A stretch of 62,964 nucleotides of DNA, filler included, from Saprolegnia diclina VS20 (GCF_000281045.1; 3 parts of one record of this genome joined end to end with filler, not necessarily neighbours in it), one strand, 5' to 3'; numbered from the whole stretch's first letter, positions 1 to 11,332 are shown. Notes: generated by a model from the letters alone, not told the origin. Translations and numbers: made by a program.

Positions 1-526
1 GCACAGCGAGCGACGACGCTGGGTCTACAATGCATCGATGACGGCAGCATGCCGAGGCCATCCATAGCCTCTAATATGCATCGATTGAGCTCAAGGGTAT
101 CGTCCCAAATATTTGCTTGTTAAGGGCTTATAGCATGAATAATTCTATGTTTTTGACTTGGTACTAAACGGCGGCCGTTCATCGCGTTACTTGACCTTCA
201 CGCATTGTCTAGGGGCACTAAATAGTATGTTGGCTGATGGCCTCGTCGAGCGCGTCAAGTTCCTCGGCTAGGTGGCGCGGGATCGATCGTGGCAGCGCGA
301 CGGCGCTGAAAATGTTGTTGTTGGTGGCTTGGACTGCGGAGTACGTGGCATCCTCGCCCAAATGGCGACGATAGTCAAAACTACGTGTTGAGCGCAGCGC
401 GGACGAAGCCAGACCACTGGATCACAGATTCATACGTCATCTTGACGTGGATGTGGTGTCTGGCGCCTTTGTGCGTTTCGAACAAAGTCCTCGGGCCATG
501 GAGCGTTACTTCTAAATTAGTCGACG

Positions 527-3500
527 ATGCCGTCGCACGCGGTCGCTGCCGCGCCACCGACCTCGTACATTGTGCCTGTGACGTCGCGTCCCAAGCTCAC
601 CCACGCGGTTTTCGGGCTTCTCTACCTTCTCACGTCGCTCAGCATTGGGCTCTCGTACCTCTCGCTCCTCGCCCCCAGCCTTTTGAACGACCTTTGGTGG
701 GCGGGCTTTTCGCCCACAGAAGGGGGAGCCTTTCTCATTGATATCGTCAACGCCCAATTGGCCCTTGTGAACGCAACGTCGCTGGACATTTACGCAATCG
801 ATGCAGCCATCAAGAAACGCTACAACGCGTCCAGTGCCACCACCAATCTATCGCCGACATATGCGCGGCGCATTCTCTTTGCAGAGCTCACGTCCATCGA
901 GTATGCGGTACCGCAGCTGCGAACGCTCAGCGCCTCCTGGGCCATGCGCATGAACGTGCAGTATTGCTATGTGGACTTTGACCAAAACTTCGAGGTCGCG
1001 CACACCGCCCGCCGCCAGCGCCGCTGCAGGCGTCAGTACGCGACGAATGGCGCCGTGTACCTCGAAGCAATCTGGCGCAATGTTGTCTGGGCAGACTACA
1101 TAACGACGTGGGGTGGTGACGGAGGGCGGTTCTCCGTGGCCTATCAACGGGGCCTGCAAGAGACGTTAGTGGGACGCAACTTTCTAGCCAATGTGGCGCA
1201 CGCGCGCAACTCGACAACAATGGACGACGAGCTAAATTACTGGCGACAATTTCGGATAAATCGGTTCCAGCTCCAGTGGCAAAACCGGTGGCAGCCCGGC
1301 GTGACCGAGACCATTCTCTTGGAGAATGCGATTGGGCTACAGCAGCTCGTGACGATCAAGGACGTGTCGCAGGGCGTTGGGTCGTGGTCGTCCGGCTTGC
1401 TCTTTTGGATTCCGCTCAATGACCTTCGGTTCGCGCAGGCGGTCAACCGCAGCTTGATTCGAAGCGCTTCCAACTTCTTTGGCGCCAACGTCTCATCCAC
1501 ATTGCCGTTTGAGGACCTCGAGGTGTTTCAAGGCAATACGCTCGTGTCGGGTCAATTTTTCAACCAATCGGCGCTCTTTCGAGACACGATTGGTCCATTC
1601 CAGAGCGTCGACAGCTTGTACGTCGACGCCCCGTCGGTCTTGGTCCAAGCGGTTCACCGCGCGAAAATTCAAGTGTCCAACGAGCTCCTCGATGTGATAC
1701 CCTCTGTGACGCTACGCCTCACACCGCTTGCGTGGCGCGGCTTTGTGTACCATGGAGGCAACCTGCTCTGCACAACGCTACCGGGCACCACGTTTGTCCA
1801 GCAGTCGTTTGATTTCTTTGACGATTGCTCCAAGCCCAAGCCGCTTATCGTGACGTGGAGCTCTCTGGCGGCGGTATTCACTCGATTGGCCACGCTCAAT
1901 GCATCGGTGCATGACATTTGTGAGGCAGCATCGTCGCCAACGGACTGTGCAGCGGCCGTCACGGCGACAGACCAGCTCTTGCAACAACAACTTGCAACGC
2001 CTTTCGACTGGACCCCGCCGACGATCGACCTGGACGTTCACTTGATGCAGTACGCGACTACAAGCAATGGCTCGTGGGTCGTCTTGCGTCAACACCTTCT
2101 CGAGCCCTCGTTTGCGTTTTTCGGGTGGGTTCTTCTTTACGATTGGGTCCTCGGCGAGCGTGAAGTGATTTCGTTTCAAGGTGACAGCGGTACTCTGACG
2201 CTCATCTCGAATGTATACGCGCCGTTATCCTACACGACGGGGACGCAGCCGCTACAGACGGCGACGCAGCTTCTCTACTACCTCGTGGTCCTCACTTCGA
2301 TCCTTCTTGTGACCGTCGGTGGCCTCGTGCTCCTCTATGCCATCACGGCACGCGGTCGATTCAACGGTGTCAACCTCTTTTTTTTCAACCGCATTGCAGG
2401 CACCGTCTGGCTCGGTCGGCCATTACTGTTTCTACGGGGCGCCTCGGCCCTCGTGCTACTGAGCTCGGCCAATGCCTCGCTGACAACGGCCGCTTCCGGA
2501 TGGACGCGGTTTGAGCCTTCACCGCGGAGCTGGCTCGCAGCCTTGATTGTGACGGGCGAGGCGACGTGGGTCACATACGTGGCCAACGACGTTGTGGGGC
2601 TCCAAGCGCATGACCACACGCGCTACTACAGCGCGCTCTCATGCCATGTGTCGTGGCTCGTTCTTTTTGCATTGGAGATGGTCAGTCCGGTTCAAGTGAC
2701 TGGTGCCCTCCACCGCTCTTGTGTCGGTCTCGACATGGACTTTGGCGTGCGATGTGCGAGCGGCCTCATATTCACTGGCAGCATCTCTCGCATCGGTGCC
2801 ATCGCTGTCATCCAAGCCATAGCGCTCGTACTCTATGGCGTCGCGCTCTTGCAAACGCGAAAACATACGTTCAATGACGGGTACGAGGCACCGCTGCTCC
2901 TCCACGGCAGCGCACGACGACTACTGACGCCAGCCCCGGACACGACGCAAACACTTTACGTCTTGGATCATGTGGCATGTGTGCTCGCTGGCTTGCTCCC
3001 CCTGCGGCTCGCTGGCAAGGCTTGTACGTTCGATATCAAACTGTGGCTGCTCCTGTACGACGACAGCTCGACGAGCGGCCGTCACAAGGCCCTGCCTCGT
3101 CCCATATTTACACCAGAAAAGCCCGTCGACGGGCCGCGGCTACCATTGGCCATGGTCGCACAGACTCTATCGGCGTGTACAACGCGCGCGTGCAAAGCTT
3201 TGGGACTGGGCTACGCGTTGGCGTCCATCGCTGGGTCCGTCTCGTACCTGAGTGTCTCCCGCGTCAACTTGGCCAACGACATTTTGTGGGCGACGTTCAA
3301 TGCCACGGGCGCGCACGCGTTTGTAGCCAACTGGCTCAACGAACAGCTCGTTTTGGGCAATACGAATATGGCAAATGTATTGCTGGACTTGCCGAGTATT
3401 AACGCGATGGGATCCTTTGCCAATCCCACCGCACTCATCGCGTCGCCCGGCAACTACGGCGCCTACCTCCAGCACACGCTATTGAGCTCGATCGAGACGA

Positions 3501-5800
3501 TAATCGACGGCCTCCGACGCTCCAAGGGGTGCGACGCCCCCTGGATCTTTTCCCCGTACTGCTATCTCGACTTGCAAAGGCAGTGGACCATGGCCAACTC
3601 GGCGACGCGGCAAGCGCGCTGCGATGCACGCATGACGACCAACGGGGCTGTCTATTTCGAGACTGTCTTGCGCAATGTGGACTATACAAGCTTTCACCGG
3701 TGCTGGGGTAGTAGCTTTGATATTGCGATTGGTACCGAGTTGCAGCAGTCGTCGAATGGTCGCGCGTGGCTGCAGATGGTCTCTGGCTTGAAACCAAGCA
3801 CGCGTGACGAAGCCATCTATTGGCGGTCGTTTGGGCTCAAAACGTTCGAGACACAATGGCAAAACTACAAGCAACTCGGCATTCGCAACTCGTACTCGGT
3901 CATCAACGCCCTTGGCGTCGAGTACGCGCTCACGCTTGCTTCCCAGCGGGGCACCTACCGCCTTGGTAGCCAGACAACGTTCAAAATGTACTGGTCGCTC
4001 GCCAACGACCTCGCAGCCGTCGCTTCCAACGCATCTGGCATCGGTGGCCGCAGTCTTCTTCGATCGAGCGCCAACTATGCCTTTGCCAACACGAGTCTGG
4101 CCAGTGTCTATGTGACCACAGATATCCTTGCGTCGCCACTGCCACAAGGGCTTCAACTCTCGACAAATCGACTTGGCCCGTTTGGCTCGATTGACTTGGT
4201 CTATGTACCGCCACCCGAGGGTTTGCGTCAGCTCACAGCGTCTCTCCTCGAGCGGACGCGGGCGCCATTGTCGGGCAACCTATCCGCGCAAGCAACCTTC
4301 TTCAACATAACCCCATTGGACCTCTCTCGACCTGTGCCGGCCCTTTGGCGCTTGAGCAAACTCGTGGCCTTTGGCGGCTCGCCGCTGTGTCCCGAAGGCA
4401 GCGCGAGCCAGTCCCTTGTACCCATCACCGCCGGCCTTATAAGCGCTCTCAGTTTTGACGGTTTGTGCCTCACAACATCGGCCAACGTAGTCAAGATTCA
4501 GCCTACACGGGCGCAGTACATCGTGGGCGCCGTCCTCTCTCAGCTAGCACCAAGCACCGACGTGTCGCCCTTGTGTGCCCACGACCTCGCCTTTACACGG
4601 CAATGCCATGCTTACCTCGCTGCCACCTTGGCATATATCCACACATACATGCAGCTACCACCCTCGGTAGACGTCGACCGACTGACAGAGGAGCTCGCGG
4701 CGAAGGACATTGCGCTCATGATGTATGCCCGGACGGATGCAAATCCTGCGACGCCGCTACGACTCTATACGACAACACTCTTTGACGAGCCGTCGTTCCG
4801 CTTTTTCGCGTGGCTTTTTCTCTACGACTGGGTCGTTGGCGTGCGCGAAGTCGTGTCGTTTCATGGGGATACAAGCACATTGACGCTTCTCAGCGATATG
4901 GAAACGCCGTTGTCGCAGCCGACGCAAGCCTGGGAAGTCCCCGACAACATTGCGCGGTACCTGCACGTTGGTGTCCTCTACGTCACGGGCGTCATGATCT
5001 CGGTCTCGTCTCTTACGATCGTGTACATGGCCTTGACCCGCGGTTCGTTCGAGGGACTCAACATGCTCGAGCTCGGGCGCGTCGGCGGCATCGTCTGGGT
5101 CGGACGGCCGTTCTTGCTCTTACGGAGTATGACGGCCATCGTGGTCTTGTCGACAGCAACTCTGCAGTTGCAGTCCACGGGGTATATGAGTTTCTTTGCG
5201 ACGGTCCGTGATCCGTGGTACAAGACCCTACTCGCCGCGAATGAAGTGACTTGGCTGATCACGATTGTCAATGACGTTCTACTCGTGGCGACGGGACCGT
5301 ACGCGACTCGGTACGCGCTGTTGAACGCCGGTATCGTTTGGCTCATCGCAGCTCTTTTGACCCTTTGGTCGCCAGTGACAGCAACCTTGTCCGTCGACCT
5401 CCAGTGTCATTTCGAGACCGTTGACTTTCAAATAAATTGCACGTCGGGCTCGATTGTGATTGGCTCAGTGTCGCGCGTGGCACTGCTGATTGGTGTCGTT
5501 TTGATCTCCCACGGTGTCTGCTACGTGTTTGTGAAAAGCTGCCTGCCCCCGCCATGCTCAACAATGACGTCGTCGCTCTTTCTCACGTCGGGCGCCAAAT
5601 ATTTGTTTGCGCAATCCAACTGGATGCACAATAATGTCTACTATGTGGACCGCGCGTCCGCGGCGCTCGACGGTCTCTTGACACTGCGTTGGGGCTCGTC
5701 TATGATTGTGCTCGATGTCAAGACGTGGCGCCTCTTTGCGATTCCATTGGACGCAATACCCCCACGTGCACTGGCGGCAGCGCTTCCACTACGGCGATAA
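527..5800 (+). CDS. Large multi-pass membrane protein with two tandem homologous halves (uncharacterised Saprolegniales-type family)
   Basis: Intronless 1757-aa ORF. Each half has an N-terminal TM, a large Cys-containing luminal domain and a multi-TM block. Motifs occur twice, e.g. YCYVDF..RQRRC..TNGAVYLE / YCYLDL..RQARC..TNGAVYFE and LYDWVLGEREVISFQGD / LYDWVVGVREVVSFHGD. Confidence 0.9.
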   Translation: MPSHAVAAAPPTSYIVPVTSRPKLTHAVFGLLYLLTSLSIGLSYLSLLAPSLLNDLWWAGFSPTEGGAFLIDIVNAQLALVNATSLDIYAIDAAIKKRYNASSATTNLSPTYARRILFAELTSIEYAVPQLRTLSASWAMRMNVQYCYVDFDQNFEVAHTARRQRRCRRQYATNGAVYLEAIWRNVVWADYITTWGGDGGRFSVAYQRGLQETLVGRNFLANVAHARNSTTMDDELNYWRQFRINRFQLQWQNRWQPGVTETILLENAIGLQQLVTIKDVSQGVGSWSSGLLFWIPLNDLRFAQAVNRSLIRSASNFFGANVSSTLPFEDLEVFQGNTLVSGQFFNQSALFRDTIGPFQSVDSLYVDAPSVLVQAVHRAKIQVSNELLDVIPSVTLRLTPLAWRGFVYHGGNLLCTTLPGTTFVQQSFDFFDDCSKPKPLIVTWSSLAAVFTRLATLNASVHDICEAASSPTDCAAAVTATDQLLQQQLATPFDWTPPTIDLDVHLMQYATTSNGSWVVLRQHLLEPSFAFFGWVLLYDWVLGEREVISFQGDSGTLTLISNVYAPLSYTTGTQPLQTATQLLYYLVVLTSILLVTVGGLVLLYAITARGRFNGVNLFFFNRIAGTVWLGRPLLFLRGASALVLLSSANASLTTAASGWTRFEPSPRSWLAALIVTGEATWVTYVANDVVGLQAHDHTRYYSALSCHVSWLVLFALEMVSPVQVTGALHRSCVGLDMDFGVRCASGLIFTGSISRIGAIAVIQAIALVLYGVALLQTRKHTFNDGYEAPLLLHGSARRLLTPAPDTTQTLYVLDHVACVLAGLLPLRLAGKACTFDIKLWLLLYDDSSTSGRHKALPRPIFTPEKPVDGPRLPLAMVAQTLSACTTRACKALGLGYALASIAGSVSYLSVSRVNLANDILWATFNATGAHAFVANWLNEQLVLGNTNMANVLLDLPSINAMGSFANPTALIASPGNYGAYLQHTLLSSIETIIDGLRRSKGCDAPWIFSPYCYLDLQRQWTMANSATRQARCDARMTTNGAVYFETVLRNVDYTSFHRCWGSSFDIAIGTELQQSSNGRAWLQMVSGLKPSTRDEAIYWRSFGLKTFETQWQNYKQLGIRNSYSVINALGVEYALTLASQRGTYRLGSQTTFKMYWSLANDLAAVASNASGIGGRSLLRSSANYAFANTSLASVYVTTDILASPLPQGLQLSTNRLGPFGSIDLVYVPPPEGLRQLTASLLERTRAPLSGNLSAQATFFNITPLDLSRPVPALWRLSKLVAFGGSPLCPEGSASQSLVPITAGLISALSFDGLCLTTSANVVKIQPTRAQYIVGAVLSQLAPSTDVSPLCAHDLAFTRQCHAYLAATLAYIHTYMQLPPSVDVDRLTEELAAKDIALMMYARTDANPATPLRLYTTTLFDEPSFRFFAWLFLYDWVVGVREVVSFHGDTSTLTLLSDMETPLSQPTQAWEVPDNIARYLHVGVLYVTGVMISVSSLTIVYMALTRGSFEGLNMLELGRVGGIVWVGRPFLLLRSMTAIVVLSTATLQLQSTGYMSFFATVRDPWYKTLLAANEVTWLITIVNDVLLVATGPYATRYALLNAGIVWLIAALLTLWSPVTATLSVDLQCHFETVDFQINCTSGSIVIGSVSRVALLIGVVLISHGVCYVFVKSCLPPPCSTMTSSLFLTSGAKYLFAQSNWMHNNVYYVDRASAALDGLLTLRWGSSMIVLDVKTWRLFAIPLDAIPPRALAAALPLRR

Positions 5801-6093
5801 ATAGTACAACAATTGTAATTTATCGATTTACCCCATTTTCTACACATGCACCCATGTCAACCGACAGCGGAGACTGGCTCGCTTGCGGACGAGTCCGTGA
5901 TTTCTTGGCCTGGTGCATCGTTTGAGGACGCTGCGGCACTCGGCGTCGTCCTTGATTGTGAAAATAAAGCCATTTATCACGATAGTTAAGGACTCTTTTG
6001 TGCGTCGGCATGGCCATCGACAGAGGAATGGAAAATACTTGAATGTCGTCGGAGCAGCGAAATCAGGTCGAGGATTTGAACGCGTGCAGGTCT

Positions 6094-6111
6094 GCCACGT
6101 GCTTCCAATCA
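6094..6111 (+). promoter_or_regulatory. GCCACG-N5-CCAATCA composite element
   Basis: GCCACGTGCTTCCAATCA; recurs upstream of array genes. Confidence 0.55.
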
Positions 6112-6138
6112 AAACCCCGTCCGTTATTAATGTCGCGC

Positions 6139-6240
6139 ATGTCAAAGACTGCCAACTAAATGACGAACGCATCGTTGCAATTTCTGCGGCGCTCTGTGAT
6201 GCGCACCGAGCCTCGTCACCGTTTGAGCTCGTTCTGGTCT
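6139..6240 (+). pseudogene. C-terminal fragment of LRR-array gene
   Basis: Translates HVKDCQLNDERIVAISAALCDAHRASSPFELVL, matching ESCELNEPSVIAIAAALCDAHRASPFELNF of the copy at 23708-25055. Preceded by the array promoter motif at 6094. Confidence 0.75.
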
Positions 6241-6450
6241 CGACACGCTACAGCACTCCCAACAAGGGTCAGTAAACTGTTCATTGACCCTTGGTCCCAA
6301 ATCGTGGTTTCGGTCGTCGCCCGGGGCAGGTGAGGTCCTTGCCGACGTGCTTCGTAATGTCCGATCCGGAATTGCGATCGCTAGTAATTTCTAATGTACC
6401 GGTATGCAGAATCCACTGCAGCGCTGAGCGTTTTCGGTCCATTGGAGCTT

Positions 6451-6468
6451 GCCACGTGTCTCCAATCA
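6451..6468 (+). promoter_or_regulatory. GCCACG-N5-CCAATCA composite element (copy 1 promoter)
   Basis: GCCACGTGTCTCCAATCA about 70 nt upstream of ATG 6539; second CCAATCA at 6495. Confidence 0.65.
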
Positions 6469-6538
6469 CATCACACCACTTTGCGTGTTTTTATCCAATC
6501 ATGGCGTGTCTTTGCAGTGTGGTCGGAAGAAATCTGCC

Positions 6539-8044
6539 ATGCAGAAGGGGGCGATGGCCGTCGTCCACACGGGCGCCTTTGTGCGCATCATCCTCCAGTA
6601 CTTGGCCTCGCCCAACGACGTCCTCGCGCTGCTGCAGGCGCTGCCACGTCATGCGCTCGATGCGCCATTGGCGGCGCTCCGGACGCTCGTGGTCGCGGCC
6701 TGGGACACTCTCCGATTGGAGTGGCCACACGTCCGCATTGAGGCCATGCCTACAAGCTGCTTGGGCATCACGCTCGCTGCGCTACCGCTCTTCCAGTCGA
6801 TTCGCATCCGGTCGCTGAGCAGCCTCAACGCGGTGCTCTGCGACGCCTGTGGCGAGCTAGAGCTCACAGCTCATGCGCCATTGGAAGCGACGATTGCGTT
6901 CGCATCCGTATGGGGCCACAAGATCGCGTCCATGCACGTGGAGCCGTGGCTGCACGCCGACGACAAAGACGCACTTGCGCACATTCTTGGTCTCTGCACG
7001 GGCCTCGACGAGATCTCCATCCAGGCCGACGATGCCGATCAGTCATTGCTTGCAGCGGTCCTGGGCGCGCAGCATGCCACGCGTGTCTCTCTTTTCTCAC
7101 TGAAGATGGGCGACTGCGAGTGTGGCGACTGGCGACCGCTCTTTGCCGAGTGGCTTGCGTCGGGCCGAGCGGCGCACCTCTCTCTCAACGGGTTTCGATG
7201 CGGTGACAACGATGGCCTTGCAAGGGCCATTGCCGCCACGGCGACGCTCACGAGCCTCGCCCTTGTCGACGTCGACAGCGTGCTGGAGAGCTTTGTACAT
7301 GCCGTGATCCCGCTACCGCACGTGACGCAGCTATGTCTATCGACATCGGCTGCCGACGATGTGATCGTTAAGGCCTTTCTGACCCGCGTGGTCCATCGCT
7401 CGAAGCTGGTCGAGCTCGAGATCCAAGCTGAGAACGCATCGGACTTGACGTTTCTCACTGCGCTCCTGCCGCAACTCGACACGCTGCAAAAGCTCGTATT
7501 GAAAGATTGTGATATGCACATTGCGCCCGTCTTGCGCTCCTCGACGTCGTGCCTGCAGATGCTGCACATGCACACTTGTCGCATGGCCGACGAGGCAGTC
7601 TTATGGCTGCTTGCGTGGGCGTCCACGTCGCCGGCTCTAACGACCGTTCAATTTGACGCGATACCGACGCCGCAGAGCCAATATTTGGATCGCTTTTGTC
7701 AGTATCTTGGCCAATGGATCGCTGCCGGCGTCGAGTGCGTCACGCTCCGCGACTGCCGATTGGACGAGATGAGCGTCATGGCCATTGAGTCGGCGCTTCG
7801 CCACGCACGCCGGTCGTCTTCGGCGTTGTTGGTACTCGATCTATCGGAAAATCGGCTGCGACTTGCGTCCTACAAGGTGCTCTTGGATGCCCTTGCCACG
7901 TGCACTGGTGTTCGCCTGCAACGCAGCCATTCCAGGCGCTTACGACGCACCGATCGCGCCCACATTGACGCGTGGGTGACCGAGCTCGGTCTGCGGTCCG
8001 AGCTCTCTAGTCGTTGTACGTTTTGCATTTCTAGTCCCACGTAA
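6539..8044 (+). CDS. F-box-like/RNI-type LRR protein, array copy 1 (intact)
   Basis: 501 aa from the first ATG. Family motifs DVLALLQALPRHALDAPLAAL, WGHKI, CGDWRPLFAEWLASG, LxxLxL repeats, LLDALATCTGV. Confidence 0.85.
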   Translation: MQKGAMAVVHTGAFVRIILQYLASPNDVLALLQALPRHALDAPLAALRTLVVAAWDTLRLEWPHVRIEAMPTSCLGITLAALPLFQSIRIRSLSSLNAVLCDACGELELTAHAPLEATIAFASVWGHKIASMHVEPWLHADDKDALAHILGLCTGLDEISIQADDADQSLLAAVLGAQHATRVSLFSLKMGDCECGDWRPLFAEWLASGRAAHLSLNGFRCGDNDGLARAIAATATLTSLALVDVDSVLESFVHAVIPLPHVTQLCLSTSAADDVIVKAFLTRVVHRSKLVELEIQAENASDLTFLTALLPQLDTLQKLVLKDCDMHIAPVLRSSTSCLQMLHMHTCRMADEAVLWLLAWASTSPALTTVQFDAIPTPQSQYLDRFCQYLGQWIAAGVECVTLRDCRLDEMSVMAIESALRHARRSSSALLVLDLSENRLRLASYKVLLDALATCTGVRLQRSHSRRLRRTDRAHIDAWVTELGLRSELSSRCTFCISSPT

Positions 8045-8503
8045 TCGCTCTTGATGCGTTTTATACACTCGTGTGTATTTTCGTCTCCGGATAAACGACT
8101 GTGACGGTAGGACCTTCCAATGACAAGTTGTACGTCAGGTTACCAGATGCGGTACGTGGCATGACACATTTACTAAGGGAATGTTTCCGACTGGGGCCAT
8201 TGAGGTGCTAGTATCGAATTGCATCCGTCCTACAATAGTATTCAGTCCACAGTCCATCGAGCTATTCAACACGTTAATACATGTGCATTAGTGTGGCTGC
8301 TCAGCACATACATGTATGACCGTGCGAATGGCGCTGTCAAGCTCCAAACACGTCCGTCAAAGTCGCACAGTGTAATCAAAGTACTAGTTGACGAATCGAC
8401 CGGTACAGTAGTTCAACATAAAACTCCTTTCCACTCTAACGACCTTGACAAGTACACATCCGGTCGTGTCCCTCGCTTTCATGCCTTCGCCATTTGGAGG
8501 CGC

Positions 8504-8521
8504 GCCATGTGCCACCAATCA
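8504..8521 (+). promoter_or_regulatory. Variant composite element (copy 2 promoter)
   Basis: GCCATGTGCCACCAATCA upstream of ATG 8577. Confidence 0.5.
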
Positions 8522-8576
8522 GCGTGCAGCAGCGGTTTCATCGAGCCAGATTTCAGATCTCAGATCTCAGATTTCA

Positions 8577-10082
8577 ATGGACCACCCCGTGGCCACACGT
8601 TCTCGTTCCGCACCGATCTCGGTCTGCCACGCTGGTGTCCTTGTGCACGTCGTTCAATGCTTGCGCTCAATCAACGACGTCGTCTCGCTGCTCGACGCGC
8701 TGCCACGTCATGCGCTCGACGCGCCATTGACTGCGCTGCACAGTCTCGTGACGACCTTAAACACCTTGTGCGATGTCAATAGGTACTGGCCGCAGGTTTG
8801 CATCGAAGACGTTGATCGTCGCTACATTCCTACGCTGCTCGCAGCGCTGCCGATCTTTCGGTCGATTACCATCAAGCGTGAGCTCACCAAGGAGCTACGA
8901 CGAAGCGCCATCCACGAGCCTATGATGACTCTGTACGCAACTGCACTCGCATTTGCATCCAAGTGGGGCCACAAAGTCGAGTCCATCGTCGTCAAACTGC
9001 GAGACATGATGGAGGCCACGGACGCGCTCCCGCGCTTTCTCGACCTCTGCACCGGCCTTGACTCGATCGTTGTCAACGTCGACACGTCGGATGTGGCGTT
9101 TGTCGCTGCTACAATCCGCGCCGCGCAGCGCGTCACACGCATGCATCTTCTATCGTACAAGGAGGGCGGGTTCAACGGCGGCGACTGGCGTCTGCACTTG
9201 GGCGCGTGGTTGGCGTCGGGGCATGCGACGCATCTGTCCCTCAAGAACATTGCATGACGTGACTCTGTCGGCTTTGCACGAGCGACCGCAGCTTCGAACT
9301 CGCTTACGAGTCTCAAGCTTGACTGCGCCTATGGCTTGCTGCAAGGCCTGGTGGACGCCGGTATCCCGCCAAAGGCCCTCACCGAGCTGCGCCTTACGCT
9401 TTCCGAGGACGAGACGTGTGCTGAACCATTCTTGACCAACTTGATTAATCTCTCGGCGCTTGAAACCCTGGAAGTTGTCTCTGTCATCGAATTGGACGCG
9501 ACGTTTGTCATGGCGCTGCTGCCGCGTCTGGTCAAGCTGCAAGAGCTCACGATCAACTTTTGTGGGCTGCACGCCGTGCACGCCGCACCGGCACCGAATT
9601 ATCTCCGGACGCTCAATGTATCACATTGCAACATGAGCGACGAGACGTGCCTCAGTCTCTTGGATTGGGCCTCACAGTCGCCGTGCCTACAGACCGTGGC
9701 GCTCAACATGTGCCGCACGGTGCGCAGCAAGCCGGAGCTCTTTGGCCGCTATCTTACCCGATGGATCACTGGCGGTGTCGCTTCTGTCGTTCTCGACCGC
9801 TGTGTATTGGATGAGACGAGCATTCTTGCGATTGCAAATGCGCTTCGCCACTCGCGCCGGTCGACGCTGTTTACGCTCTCGCTGGACGTGGAGCGATTCA
9901 ATCTCGAATTGTACCGCATGCTCTTCGAAGCACTCGCTACGTGCACCGGCGTGGGCATCCGCGGACATGGTGCGATACTACACAGCCGCAACGACTGCGA
10001 CCAAATCGAAACTTGGGTGTCCGAGCTGGGTCTGTACTACGACAAATGTGGGTTTGTCCTGCACTTTGACAGCCCCTCGTAG
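8577..10082 (+). pseudogene. LRR-array copy 2, full length but with one in-frame TGA (9255-9257)
   Basis: ORFs 8445-9257 and 9336-10082 are in the same frame. KNIA*RDSVGFARA aligns with DNIMCEDSVGFARA / DRLMCDDTVGFVRA of paralogs. Confidence 0.8.
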
Positions 10083-10209
10083 TTGTCACGTAACTTGGGA
10101 AGTACATGTATTTCATACGCGCCGTCGTCGCAATACCGCTGATGAACGCTTCACATTTAATGCAAAAGTTCCCTACTACTCGCCCCGCAAGGGACATGTG
10201 TGAAATGGC

Positions 10210-11167
10210 ATGACCAAGCGACCATGTGTTGCACCAATGGCGATCGTCAGCATCCTCCTCCACATCGTGCCATGCTTGTCTTCAAGGATGTCCTCTGTCT
10301 GCTCGACGCTCTGTCCCGTCAAGCGAGCCACCTCGGTCTGAACGGGCACAACCGTAAGGACAACTCTCGGCTTTGCACGCGCGATCGCTGCCGCCACGTT
10401 GCTCACGAGTCTTCAGCTTAGCATCGCCTCGGAGGTGCTGCAAAGCTTGGTCGACGCTGCCGCCCCGCTCCAGGCCATCAAGGAGCTGCGGCTTGCCTTG
10501 TCCGACGACGACGTCTGTGCCGCCGCGTTTCTGGCCCGTGGCTCAATCTCTCGGTGCTTCAAAACCTTCACCTCTTTGCCGATGACACCTTGGATGCAAC
10601 GTTCGTTTTGACGCTGCTGCCCCGTCTCAACTTTCTTCGAGAGCTCTATCGTTTTTTGCGCACGGCACGCGATGCGATGCTCGCGTTGCTACAGGCGCCA
10701 GCGCCGGTTCACCTGCGGAAGCTGGATGTAGCCTATTGCAATATGGATGACGACACTTGGCGTGGCCTATTCCATTGGGCCTCACAGTCACCGTGCCTCG
10801 ACAAAGTCAGGCTCGTCAAGTGCAGCATGGAGAGTCGCGATCCGGAGCTGTTTGCCGGCTACCTTGGCCGCTGGGTCACTGCCGCGTCATGTTTGTCAAC
10901 CTCGAAGACTGCGATGTTGACGAAAAGAGCATTTTTGCGATTGCAACAGAGCTCCGCCACACGCGTCGGGCATCGACGTGTCTACTGTGCGTCGAATTCG
11001 CAACGGAAGGTCTCGCTTCGTACCGCGTGCTGTTTGAAGCACTTGCCACGTGCACGGGTGTCGCCCTCGAGGTGCGTCAAAGCTCCAATCCCTTGCGCGA
11101 GAAAATGACCGAGCTCGGTCGACGCTGCACCTACGAGTTGACCACCGCCGCTGTGGTGCTGCATTGA
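10210..11167 (+). pseudogene. LRR-array copy 3, degraded
   Basis: Starts MTKRPCVAPMAIV. Large internal deletion after the N-terminal motif and several frameshifts. Retains WASQSPCL and LFEALATCTGV. Confidence 0.85.
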
Positions 11168-11332
11168 TCCTCCGTACGTAGCCCATTCCCATATTGAATG
11201 CACAGGCTTTGGATTCGAGTTTGCAACTGGCGCCTGGTTTGTCCAATCAAAAAGCAGTCCATTTCTACATTCCTTTCGTCCAATCAAAATGCACCCAGCA
11301 CTCTGACTGGCATTTTTGAGTTGACCAAAAGC

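Noticed and set aside
217..515. Possible minus-strand exons (..HIHVKMT|FDYRRHLGEDATY..EELDALDEAISQHTI*)
   Set aside because: Splice signals are plausible, but upstream exons would overlap the large + strand CDS and no family is recognised.
8547..8576. CAGAT(C/T)T x4 micro-repeat before the copy 2 ATG
   Set aside because: Single occurrence; likely slippage with no evidence of function.
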